Of a DNA stretch of 32,000 bases, positions 7,967-17,300 are shown one piece after another (within the stretch, counting starts at the first letter, position 1; every line of letters starts with the position of its first letter). Both the position numbers and the translations under genes were made by a program. This DNA comes from Candidatus Kuenenia stuttgartensis. Its GTDB lineage: Bacteria; Planctomycetota; Brocadiia; Brocadiales; Brocadiaceae. The stretch is taken from assembly GCF_900232105.1 (NCBI RefSeq), contig NZ_LT934425.1, positions 1,440,001-1,472,000 of the forward strand, read 5' to 3'. The notes below the pieces were generated by a model. That model had not been told where the DNA came from. It saw nothing but the letters and a program-made list of their open reading frames with translations, and searched no databases.

Positions 7967-10288
7967 TTATTTATTTGAACTGTCTGTTTCATTTTCACTT
8001 GTTGGTTCTTCGCCGGCAATAGGCAGCTCCTTTGAAATATAATCACAATCAGGGTATTTGCTGCATCCGAAGAATATGCCGCCTTTTTTTGAATAACGCT
8101 GTATTAAGTCTCCACCGCATTCATCTCTTGGGCATTTTATACCCGTAGGGAGGGATTTTATATTTCTGCATTTGGGATAGCCGGAGCATCCCATAAATCT
8201 ACCTTTTTTGCTGAACCGGATGACCATCGGACTTCCACATTTTTCACATTTTTCGTTTGTTGGCTCAACCTTTGTGGTTTCTCCCGTCAGAGATTTTGTG
8301 TTTTTACAATTAGGATATGCCGAACAAGCCATGAATTTACCATGGCGACTGGTTTTAATAATCATAGGGCTACCACATTTTTCACAAGCCTGATCAGACG
8401 TCTCCGGAGGCGCTGCCTCCCCTTTTTCGTCTAATGGCATCGTATTTTTACATTCCGGAAATGCGGAACAACCAAAGAATTTCCCATGCCTTCCCCATCT
8501 GATTACCATGGGTTTACTGCATAGATTACAAATCCGGTCGCTTTCCTCCGGGGTTCCTTTTACGCTTTTCATTTCACCAATAGCTTTTTCCAAATCAATC
8601 TTAAAGGGTTCGTAAAACTCCTTCAGCACGGTCAGCCAATCAATTTTTTTTTCCTCAATCTTATCCAATTCATCTTCCATGTGTGACGTAAAATTTACAT
8701 CCATTATTTTTTGAAAATGTTCTATCAGTTTTTCGGTAACCAATATCCCCAGTTCGGTTGCATAAAAAGCGCGTTTCTCCTGTTTCACATATCCGCGGTC
8801 CTGAATAGTTGAAATAATCGTGGCATAGGTACTTGGCCTTCCTATCCCCATTTTTTCGAGAGTCTTTACCAGAGACGCTTCTGAATAACGCGGCGGAGGC
8901 TGGGTAAAGTGTTGTGTTGGCAAAAGTTGTATTAATTCAAGAACATGGTCTTTCTCCAGTGGAGGCAGTATTTGCTCCTCCCGGTCAACTTCGTGCCCGG
9001 AAATAAGTGTATGCCCGTCAAATAAGAGTTCCCTGCCCCTTGTCTTAAAAATATACCGGTTGGAAGTGATTTCCACGTCAGTAATCGCATACAGCGCCGG
9101 TTTCATTTGGCTTGCAACGAATCTCTTCCATATAAGTTCATACAGTTTATGCTGGTCCTTTGTAAGAAACTGCTTTATGGATTCAGGGGTATATTCCAGA
9201 TATGTCGGCCTTACTGCCTCATGTGCGCCCTGGGTGCCCTTTTTATTAGAGGCATATATATTGGGTTTTTCAGGGAGATAGTCTTTCCCGTAATTGCTTT
9301 CGATAAAATTTCTACATGACGTTAATGCATGGTCTGATACATGAAAAGAATCTGTCCTCATATAGGTGATTAATCCCGCAGGACCATCAGCGCCAACATC
9401 AATGCCCTCATAAAGTTGTTGCGCAATCAACATGGTCTTTTTTGCGCTGAATTGCAAACGAGTAGATGCCTGTTGTTGTAAAAGGCTTGTAGTAAATGGC
9501 GGGGGCGCATTATTGCGTTTTGTTTGTTTCTTTATGTTTGTGATAATAAATGATGCATTCTGCAGTTTTTCGGTAATTTCCTTTGCCTGCTGTTCATTTT
9601 TTATTTCTATATTTTTGTCTTCTAATTTTTGCAGAAGGGCTTTGAAGGGTTTTATGTCGTCAGATTTTTTATCCCCGGAGATGGTCTTTAACTCTGCGGT
9701 TATTTTCCAATATTCATGGGGTTTAAATTCGTTGATTTCTTTCTCACGTTCTACGATAAGTCTGACTGCAACGGATTGAACACGGCCTGCGCTTAATCTT
9801 TTAGCAATTTTTTTCCACAGGAGAGGGCTTATTTTATAGCCAACAATGCGGTCAAGTATTCTTCGGGCCTGTTGCGCATTTACCTTTTCCATATTGATAG
9901 GGCCATATTGTTTAAAGGCTTCCTGGATAGCGTCTTTTGTAATTTCGTTAAAGGTAACGCGGCGTATTTTTTCAGGGGGGATATCCAACACCTTGTACAA
10001 GTGCCACGCAATCGCTTCTCCCTCACGGTCAAGATCGGAGGCTAAATAAACCGTGCTGGCTTTTTTGGAATCGCTGATTAATTCCTTAATTAATTTTTCT
10101 CTACTGGGAATTACTTTATATTCCGGGGTAAAGTCGTTTTCAATATCTACGGAGAGTTTTTTCGCAGGAAGGTCCCGTACGTGACCCATGGAGGATTTCA
10201 CGAAGAAAGAAGCATCGAGGAACTTACTTATGGTTTTAGCTTTCGCAGGCGATTCAACGATTACCAGGTTTGTTTTAGACTTGGCCAT
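7967..10288 (-). CDS. topA: DNA topoisomerase I (type IA) with four C-terminal C4 zinc-ribbon repeats
   Basis: 773-aa ORF. Toprim N-terminus (LVIVESPAKAKTI, DLDREGEAIAWH), the active-site region ITYMRTDS, and four repeats of CxxC...GC(S)xxPxC in the C-terminal 200 aa. Confidence 0.93.
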   Translation of the reverse strand: MAKSKTNLVIVESPAKAKTISKFLDASFFVKSSMGHVRDLPAKKLSVDIENDFTPEYKVIPSREKLIKELISDSKKASTVYLASDLDREGEAIAWHLYKVLDIPPEKIRRVTFNEITKDAIQEAFKQYGPINMEKVNAQQARRILDRIVGYKISPLLWKKIAKRLSAGRVQSVAVRLIVEREKEINEFKPHEYWKITAELKTISGDKKSDDIKPFKALLQKLEDKNIEIKNEQQAKEITEKLQNASFIITNIKKQTKRNNAPPPFTTSLLQQQASTRLQFSAKKTMLIAQQLYEGIDVGADGPAGLITYMRTDSFHVSDHALTSCRNFIESNYGKDYLPEKPNIYASNKKGTQGAHEAVRPTYLEYTPESIKQFLTKDQHKLYELIWKRFVASQMKPALYAITDVEITSNRYIFKTRGRELLFDGHTLISGHEVDREEQILPPLEKDHVLELIQLLPTQHFTQPPPRYSEASLVKTLEKMGIGRPSTYATIISTIQDRGYVKQEKRAFYATELGILVTEKLIEHFQKIMDVNFTSHMEDELDKIEEKKIDWLTVLKEFYEPFKIDLEKAIGEMKSVKGTPEESDRICNLCSKPMVIRWGRHGKFFGCSAFPECKNTMPLDEKGEAAPPETSDQACEKCGSPMIIKTSRHGKFMACSAYPNCKNTKSLTGETTKVEPTNEKCEKCGSPMVIRFSKKGRFMGCSGYPKCRNIKSLPTGIKCPRDECGGDLIQRYSKKGGIFFGCSKYPDCDYISKELPIAGEEPTSENETDSSNK

Positions 10289-10382
10289 TAGGATACCTCT
10301 GAAAATAAGAAAAATTTAAACAGGATGGACAATTTGTGTCAAGATATTTTTACATCGTTATACATTATCGTTCTTTTTGCAG

Positions 10383-10521
10383 GTTTTTTCGGAAATTTAA
10401 CGGTAAAATGCATGCTTAACAGAGATCAGAGATCAGAGATCAGAGGTCGGCGGTCTGAAGCCTGGTGTCTGACTTCTGACTTCTGATCTCCGGCTTTTGC
10501 AATCCTATTTGTTTGACTATA
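10383..10521. repeat. Heptad-repeat palindrome with family arms (element H), in the divergent topA/rpsT spacer
   Basis: CAGAGAT x3 plus CAGAGGT (10420-10447) face the inverted heptads GTCTGAC TTCTGAC TTCTGAT CTC (10468-10490). Left flank: GTTTTTTCGGAAA (10383-10395). Right flank: ATTTGTTTGACTATA (10507-10521), the exact reverse complement of the element F 15-mer at 6915-6929. Confidence 0.7.
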
Positions 10522-10541
10522 CATTTTCCAGTGTTTTACTA

Positions 10542-10570
10542 TTGACATTATGTTATGAGTTAAATAAAGT
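10542..10570 (+). promoter_or_regulatory. Candidate sigma70-type promoter for rpsT
   Basis: Perfect -35 TTGACA (10542-10547), a 17-nt spacer, then TAAAGT (10565-10570; 4 of 6 to TATAAT). It lies about 70 nt upstream of the rpsT ATG. Pattern match only. Confidence 0.3.
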
Positions 10571-10637
10571 ATATTCCTGTGGAAATCAAAATAATTTATT
10601 TTTCTTTCGTATTTAAGTTAAGAATAGGGAGGGTGTA

Positions 10638-10922
10638 ATGCCAACAACAAGCTCTGCGAAAAAAAGACTGCGACAGGATGAGACTCGCAATTTAATTAAC
10701 AAGTCAAGGAAAACCGCGTTAAAGACCCAGGTAAAAAAGTTTTTAACGGCATTACAAAGCAAGGATATTCAGGCCGCCGAAGCTGAATATAGCCTGACCG
10801 TAAAGAAAATGGACAAAGGCGCTGCAAAAGGCATTTTGCATAAAAACAATGCAAGCAGAAAAAAGTCTCGTTTTGCAAAAAAACTAAACGATTTAAAAGC
10901 ATCTGCAAAACAAGATGGTTAA
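10638..10922 (+). CDS. rpsT: 30S ribosomal protein S20
   Basis: Basic 94-aa ORF starting MPTTSSAKKRLRQDETRNLINKSRKTALKTQVKKF, the typical S20 N-terminus. GGGAGGG Shine-Dalgarno lies 5 nt upstream. Confidence 0.92.
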   Translation: MPTTSSAKKRLRQDETRNLINKSRKTALKTQVKKFLTALQSKDIQAAEAEYSLTVKKMDKGAAKGILHKNNASRKKSRFAKKLNDLKASAKQDG

Positions 10923-11190
10923 CCGGGGTAATAAACAACGAAAGTTGCAGGCCAGAAACAAACAAGGATGAAGGCTGTGGGATAAATTTGAGAATTGCCC
11001 TACTCTTTCCAAATTCATCCTTCATTCTTTTCTTCCATAAGATGCATTCGTTTAGAATTTCAAATCATTTTGTCATTAGCATTTGTTTCGGATTTCACTA
11101 TTAAATACCTTGCCAAAAATGCAAAGAAATTTTTGCGAAGGATTAATGCTTGCCCTATCATTGGCTGGCTGGTGCGGTTATTGTTACCCA

Positions 11191-13317
11191 TCATTTTCTG
11201 GAAACAAATGATTCCGCCACAAGAATGCCGAGCGCGAGCAACAAGAGAACGCCCCAGAGGGTCGTTTTCGCTTCACCCCGAACCACTTCACGCCGCTCGC
11301 CTGAACTGGAAGACCTTACCATCACATTCGTTTCTCCCATAAGCGCGGTAATCTCTTTTTCACTGATCTTTTCAAGATTGGATTCTGATGCGTCAACATT
11401 TACCGGGAAGTAAAAAAGGTTCTGCTGTTGCGATGTATCATTGATAAGAAACGAATACACGCCCGGCAAATGGGTTTCATGATAAACAAAATATTTTTCA
11501 TTATTAATCACTTGTGGCGGTAAAAGGGTTTTTACCCCCCCGGGATTGGTTGTTTCCAAATTGCCGACATCGTATGGGGCTGGAAATTGCCAGTTTTGCT
11601 CCACAAGAATTTCTTGTTTGGTTTCACCTGTAGTACTGCCTGATATATACCGGCAAAGCTGCTGAATAAGAGGGACAAAAAGAGGTTTTACCGGTAGGTC
11701 TGTCCAATCTCTGTCGATAGAGGAGGCAATGAGCGCCACTCTTCCCTTGCCAACCTGCCTTTCAACAATGGCAGGAGTATTGTCGGAAAAGGAAAGCACC
11801 GTTTTCGCTCCTTCTAATGGGGCGGGCTCTACATAAAAAACCTGATGAAAGCTGACCGATGTCAACATATTAATATTCGTTTCGGATAGAAAACGCATTG
11901 CCGGATGCATTACCCCGGATATCTTTAGACTAAGCGGCTGTTCCTCGGTAATCAGTACATTCCCGGTAAAGATTTTTTTTGTGTAAAGCCGGTGCGGAAG
12001 CAGCGCCTCAAATGAATTGTTGTAATAACTACCTTCTACCTTATCGCCGAGTGAAAAAACGACCGCCCCGCCGTCTTTTACAAATCTTTCCAACTCCTCG
12101 ATCTTTTCATAGGGCAGCATTTCAACATTACACAAAAAGACGATGTCAAAATCTTCAAATACCATACCCTCCACTTCGTGTATTGAACAAATGACCGGCT
12201 TGAGCGAGGAAACGTGTCCACGCGCCGGGTTTAAGGCTTTTTCCAGATAAAATGTTTCGCTTTCATAGATATTTGTTTTGGGGTCTCCGTCAATTAACAA
12301 CACATCAAGTTTTTGTTCCTCATTAATGGCAAAATATCGTTTATTATCAGCGATTAAATTATCTTCGGGTATTTCAATCCAGCCAAAGTGGTTGCCCTTC
12401 TCCACCTTGAAGCTAAATTCTTTTACTTCCTGAGAATACGCCTCAATATTGAAAAATCCCTGTACCACTTTTTTTTGGTCTACATATACCTGCGCTAACA
12501 GGTTTTTTATTTTTACCGGCGAATAATTAGAAACTGTTGCCTTAAAAGACACGTCTCCGCTCTTATTGAACACATTGTTTTGGAATTCCAGTCCCGTAAC
12601 AGCAATATTCCCGTAGTCCTTTCCTTCCGACACATTTATTATGTGAACGCCGGTGATATTATTTTGCAATTTTTGCTGCCCGTCATGAAACCATTTAAGG
12701 TCCCAACCATTTCGTGTTAAATCGGTAATAATAAATATCTGTTTAATGGGCGTTTCATCGGACATTAATATTTCAATTGCCCTGTCCAGGGCGGACGTAA
12801 TATGTGTGGTTGAATACCCGGGGCGTAAATTTTCGATGACAGTAAGGAGGTTTTCTTTATCATATTCAAGTTCAGGCACAATCATTGAATTTGCCAGCGA
12901 ACAGCCAATGACGGCCGCCTTATCATCCTTCGTTAATTGCCCGATAATATTCCTTGCCGTATTTTTGGCAGCATGGAAAAGGGGCTTGCCTTTTTCCGCA
13001 TATTGCATACTGTAAGAATCATCAACAATGATAACATTACTGGTGGGGTTTTTTCCGTCGTTACCGCCGCCAATATTTTTGACAAAGGGTCTGGCAAGTG
13101 CCATGGCAAGAAAGGCAAACAAACATGCCCGTAGAATAAGGAGTATCAACTGCCGGAGTTTGAACTTTACATAGATACGTTTATTGGATTGGAGTAAGAA
13201 ATCTATCGCCGCGAATCTGTGGGATATCGCCTTCTTTTTATTGAAGAGGTGGATGATAACAGGTATACAAGCGCCCAGGACGCCAAATAATAAAAGCGGA
13301 TTGAGAAAGGAAATCAT
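11191..13317 (-). CDS. BatA-N (aerotolerance-regulator N-terminal, double-TM) domain membrane protein with a VWA-like domain
   Basis: 708-aa ORF. The N-terminus FLNPLLLFGVLGACIPVIIHLFNKKK plus a second TM helix fits the BatA_N pattern. A MIDAS-like motif, VIIVDDSYSM, follows. There is a C-terminal TM helix (LWGVLLLLALGILVAESF). Confidence 0.75.
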   Translation of the reverse strand: MISFLNPLLLFGVLGACIPVIIHLFNKKKAISHRFAAIDFLLQSNKRIYVKFKLRQLILLILRACLFAFLAMALARPFVKNIGGGNDGKNPTSNVIIVDDSYSMQYAEKGKPLFHAAKNTARNIIGQLTKDDKAAVIGCSLANSMIVPELEYDKENLLTVIENLRPGYSTTHITSALDRAIEILMSDETPIKQIFIITDLTRNGWDLKWFHDGQQKLQNNITGVHIINVSEGKDYGNIAVTGLEFQNNVFNKSGDVSFKATVSNYSPVKIKNLLAQVYVDQKKVVQGFFNIEAYSQEVKEFSFKVEKGNHFGWIEIPEDNLIADNKRYFAINEEQKLDVLLIDGDPKTNIYESETFYLEKALNPARGHVSSLKPVICSIHEVEGMVFEDFDIVFLCNVEMLPYEKIEELERFVKDGGAVVFSLGDKVEGSYYNNSFEALLPHRLYTKKIFTGNVLITEEQPLSLKISGVMHPAMRFLSETNINMLTSVSFHQVFYVEPAPLEGAKTVLSFSDNTPAIVERQVGKGRVALIASSIDRDWTDLPVKPLFVPLIQQLCRYISGSTTGETKQEILVEQNWQFPAPYDVGNLETTNPGGVKTLLPPQVINNEKYFVYHETHLPGVYSFLINDTSQQQNLFYFPVNVDASESNLEKISEKEITALMGETNVMVRSSSSGERREVVRGEAKTTLWGVLLLLALGILVAESFVSRK

Positions 13318-13417
13318 TCAAAAATTCTACCATATGCTCCGGAGAAAATGAAGGAGAAAAGCATTGAATGCTTTTTATCGGAAGGGTTTAAGGTTAATAT
13401 TATTCATCATTTCATTC

Positions 13418-13831
13418 TTAAACAGCCAAATATCTGAAATCCAATACTTCATTTATCAGCTTAAAATCCTTTTCATTCTTTGTCACCAGAATAGCTCCAA
13501 TGTCTCTTACTGATACAGCAATAAGGATATCGGCAAGAAGATTGCGAATTCTTAAGGAATCAATCTTTTTGTCTCTTCTTAATTTCAGCATTACATCTCC
13601 TGTGGCATACCATTGTTTTTCACTTACGCTTATTACTGTGAAATTTTTTTTTATCTGTTCGATGAGCTTTTGTTCCTTTTTGTCAAAAGACCCCGAAAGC
13701 AATTCCATCAAAACTATAGCGCTGAATGTGATGTGATAATACTTATTCAGATTTATAAATATATCCTGAACAGTACCTTTCCTGAAATGCTCAATGAGAA
13801 AAGATGTATCAAGAACTGCTTTTTGCCTCAT
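13418..13831 (-). CDS. vapC: PIN-domain ribonuclease toxin (VapC family)
   Basis: 137-aa ORF. The N-terminal VLDTSFLIEHF carries the first PIN acidic residue, and further conserved acidic positions occur in LMELLSG and LADILIAVS. A small antitoxin-like ORF lies immediately upstream. Confidence 0.75.
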   Translation of the reverse strand: MRQKAVLDTSFLIEHFRKGTVQDIFINLNKYYHITFSAIVLMELLSGSFDKKEQKLIEQIKKNFTVISVSEKQWYATGDVMLKLRRDKKIDSLRIRNLLADILIAVSVRDIGAILVTKNEKDFKLINEVLDFRYLAV

Positions 13832-14024
13832 TTAGTCCCTCGAAATAAAACTTACCGCCTGTTCGTTCAATAAACTTTCTCATCTTTTCCTGGTAGATAA
13901 CCTCGGAGAGCGCTGTTTCTATAGCCTCCGTTTCTGTCTTCGTTTTCAGTATCTTTTGTGCGTCCTTAATCAGATTTTCATCCAGCCTGAAATGTTTTGC
14001 AACTTTTTTTATTACATTCTGCAT
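13809..14024 (-). CDS. VapB-like antitoxin
   Basis: The track ORF starts at 14081, but AGGGGG lies 7 nt upstream of the Met at 14024 (MQNVIKKVAKHFRLDENLIKDAQKILKTKTETEAIETALSEVI). That pattern resembles the DUF2191-type VapB motif. The 3' end overlaps vapC by 23 nt. Confidence 0.6.
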   Translation of the reverse strand: MQNVIKKVAKHFRLDENLIKDAQKILKTKTETEAIETALSEVIYQEKMRKFIERTGGKFYFEGLNEAKSSS

Positions 14025-14229
14025 AATGTACCCCCTGCTATAATAGCGGAAAAATCGCAGCATTAAAAGACATGTATACAATTTATAATAATGTGGCTAC
14101 AATGTCAAATACAATGTGAGAGCATGGGGGGTGCGGATTAAGGCAACATCCAGGCCCGTGCTAAACAATATTCACATATTCAGTTGTCCAAAAAACTTTT
14201 CGACATGCAACTTCTATACAATATATAAT

Positions 14230-14328
14230 GTAGGGGGCGAAGCATTTGCTATAAATTGACATAAATGCGTTCATACCCAAACGGACAAATGCTTCGCCCC
14301 CTACTTTTTAAAAAAACTAAATTGTTAC
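14230..14328. repeat. Palindromic element G: a 19-bp perfect stem followed by a family arm
   Basis: GTAGGGGGCGAAGCATTTG (14230-14248) pairs with CAAATGCTTCGCCCCCTAC (14286-14304) across a 37-nt loop. It is followed by TTTTTAAAAAAACTAAATTGTTAC (14305-14328), which has 2 mismatches to the consensus arm. The stem sequence is nearly identical to the element F core. Confidence 0.75.
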
Positions 14329-14353
14329 GGTTCCATTGGTATAAAGTACAACC

Positions 14354-17300
14354 TTAAGAAAGAAGCTTCGCTACCTTTTCAAGATTTTGTCGTGCCTCTT
14401 TATAGCCGGCATCTATCGCTAATGCCTTTTCAAAACAGCGCCTTGCTTCGCCGTGCATCTTTTTCTTGTAATAGAGTACGCCTAAATTATTGAACACAGA
14501 GGCTTCTTTGCCGTTTAATTCAATAGCCTTTTTAAGAATTGAAATCGCCTCATCCGGTTTATCAATGCTCGCATAAACAAGACCAAGATTATTATATGCA
14601 TCGAAAAAAACGGGATGGTATTCTATGGCTCTTTTATAGGCGTCAATGGACTCCTGATATGCACCTTTCTGAAATAACCCATCTGCCTTGTTCAATAATT
14701 CCATCTCTCCAGAAATACTGGATGTTTGGCGACAGAGGTTGTCTTTGGTATAACGAAGTACAGGTACTTTTCTCAAATATTCGATACGTTCTTTGATTTT
14801 ATTTGCCGACATTTCCCATGTCCAATTGTTACGGATATCAGGGCTAATTTCTTTCCCCAGTGTTCGTATTTCCCCGGGATGTTCATAGGCGTAACGCATC
14901 TTTGCCTTCAGGTCATTAATATCGACCTCGTAAAACCACAGATTGTCAACCGTTGGCCTGTTTCCCACCCTCTTCTCTTTTGATATCTTTTTGTTTGCCT
15001 GTACCAACAGACTGTTGTTTTCATTGCAGAAGTCGAGGCAGGCGCCGCCATTCGTAACAATTGCCGGTATGCCGCACGCCATTGCCTCTAAAATCGGCAA
15101 ACCGAACCCCTCCCCGCGGTATGGATGGACGAAGGCATTGCAGGCGGTATATAGCCCGACGATTTCATCTTCGGACAGTATTTTCTCAATGTATTCAACC
15201 TCAGGGACCCCTTTCGCCTGTCGTATCCTTTCGATTTCTTCCCGGAAGGTTTGGCCTGCGTAAAACGAGTTTCCCCCCATATCCTTTATGATAAGGCAGA
15301 CGTCATCCGAATCCTTAAATGTTTCGAGATATGCCTGCAGGAGTAGGTCGATGCCTTTTCGATAGATCGTGCCGCCTACAAATAAGAATCTGAATTTCTT
15401 CTTTGTTGTCAATTGATACGGTTTCGCATCCGGATGAAACCTTTCAGGATTAATGCCGTTTGGTATAACAACAACCCTTTCGGCAGGAACGCCGCTTTCA
15501 ATATAGACCTGTCGAACATACTTGCTGGGTACCCACATCTCATCTACTTGTGCTGAAAATACCCGTACCCATTCTTCAGGCAGGCTGCCAAATTCCCACG
15601 GTTGAATAATTACCCAGTGTCCTTCCTGTGGAGGGGTAAGGTTTGGCGGCCAATGGTGTCGGACGTGAATATCGATCTTGCCGGTAAGCGGTTTGTTAAT
15701 ACACTCAGCAAGCGCTTTAAAACGAGGGTCAGCCTCAGTACCGAACTGATCGGGTTCGTAAGGGAGCAAAGAAACTTCGTAGCCGTCCCTGATAAGTTGT
15801 AAACAGAGTTCCCTGTTAATAAGCGCCAGGGAGTGAGTGACAAACTGCGAGCCTTCCCAGACAATGCCAGGTTTGCCCGCAGCCGCTTTACCGGAATCAC
15901 GTTTTATTACAACCCCATTCCATTCCTCAACATACTCTGGCAAGACACGATGGGGGTCATCCAATACGAGCCTTATTGGTTTTTTCTTACTCACTAGATT
16001 GCGGATAATCGTTTGTTCATAATCTTCATTTGGTGAAATCCCGGCCTCAACAGTTTCCAATGATGGCTGCCATTTTAATTTTTTAGGTGAATCATTCATC
16101 ATTTTTTTAAATGCATCAACGATCACTTCCGGCAGTAAGTTGTTCATACATTCTATATTACATTTGGTTCTCCAGTAACATGAGAGACACGGGAGTGCTT
16201 CATTTCGTATTGGAGTAAAACATTCAGTTGCAGGATTACCTAACAGTTCAGGGCTTGTAAGGCCGCATATTAAAAGTGTTGGTTTGCAGCAAAAATTGTG
16301 TCCGATGTGGAAAAATGCGCTATCGATGGTTATGAATGCATTACAATGTGAAGAAATGGCGATCTGATTTCTTAAAGAAATCTGGCGGGACGTACAGTCA
16401 TAAACGAGAGGATTTTCCTTAGCAAGAGGATCCTTCCCGAACAGGATAAACCGTGCCCCGTCAAATTGCCTGCTCAACAGCGAGATTACCTTTTCCCCGT
16501 GGGGATAACTTCTCTTGATATCCTTATCAGTGGTAAAATGAAGGCCAATGAGCATGCCGCCTGACGGTGAAAATGTCCTTACCTCCTTTTGCGCCCATTC
16601 TCGTTCTTCCGGTGTGATGGTATATATGATTCCCCTTTGTCCAAGCCTGACGCCTGCAATGTTTGCCATGATGTCCATTAGGCCTATGCCGTTGTAATAT
16701 TCAGGCAGGTTGGCAATAACGTTATTGTAATCGATTATAATGTCGGTTTTTGGGACGGAAATTTTATTGACAATATCCGGCACAAAGGCGGAGACGGCCT
16801 GATGTCCACGAAATACGGCTTCTACAACATGATTTCCTGACAAATAAATCCGGATATGGGGATATCTTTTCTTTATCTCCATGACGATAGCAGTCAGATA
16901 CAGGGCGTCCCCTATAGCGGGAGCACACCGGATTAGAAGTGTGGATGCGCGTTCGTAGTTCCGATTCCAGAACTGCTCATTGAAAGAGGATTTAAATTGG
17001 TTCAACCTTTTCATACACTTTTCGGCCTTCAGGTAAGTAATTATATTTTGGATTGTACCGGTCAGCATTGTTTTGGAAAAGGCAGCCTCTATTTTTTTGC
17101 GGGCTGCCTCGCCCATCCTCCGGCAGAGATCCCGGTCTCTGAAAAGCATCATTACATAGTTCTCGAATTCATCCTCGTTTGCCGCTATGAAACCGTTGAC
17201 GCCATGTTCTATCGGCGAGCTTGCCGCTATATTTGCAAGAGCTATCGCAGGCACCCCGTATGCCATAGACTCCACAATCTTTATCTGCTGTCCGGTACCC

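Noticed and set aside
10963-11027. AAGGATGA ... TCATCCTT pairing as the rpsT terminator
   Set aside because: The stem is only 8 bp with a loop of over 40 nt and no convincing U-tract. It is too weak to report.
14230-14310. The 19-bp stem followed by TTTTT as a classical plus-strand intrinsic terminator
   Set aside because: No plus-strand gene lies upstream. On the minus strand, where the giant glycosyltransferase gene ends, the stem is not followed by a U-run. It is better explained as a member of the repeat family.
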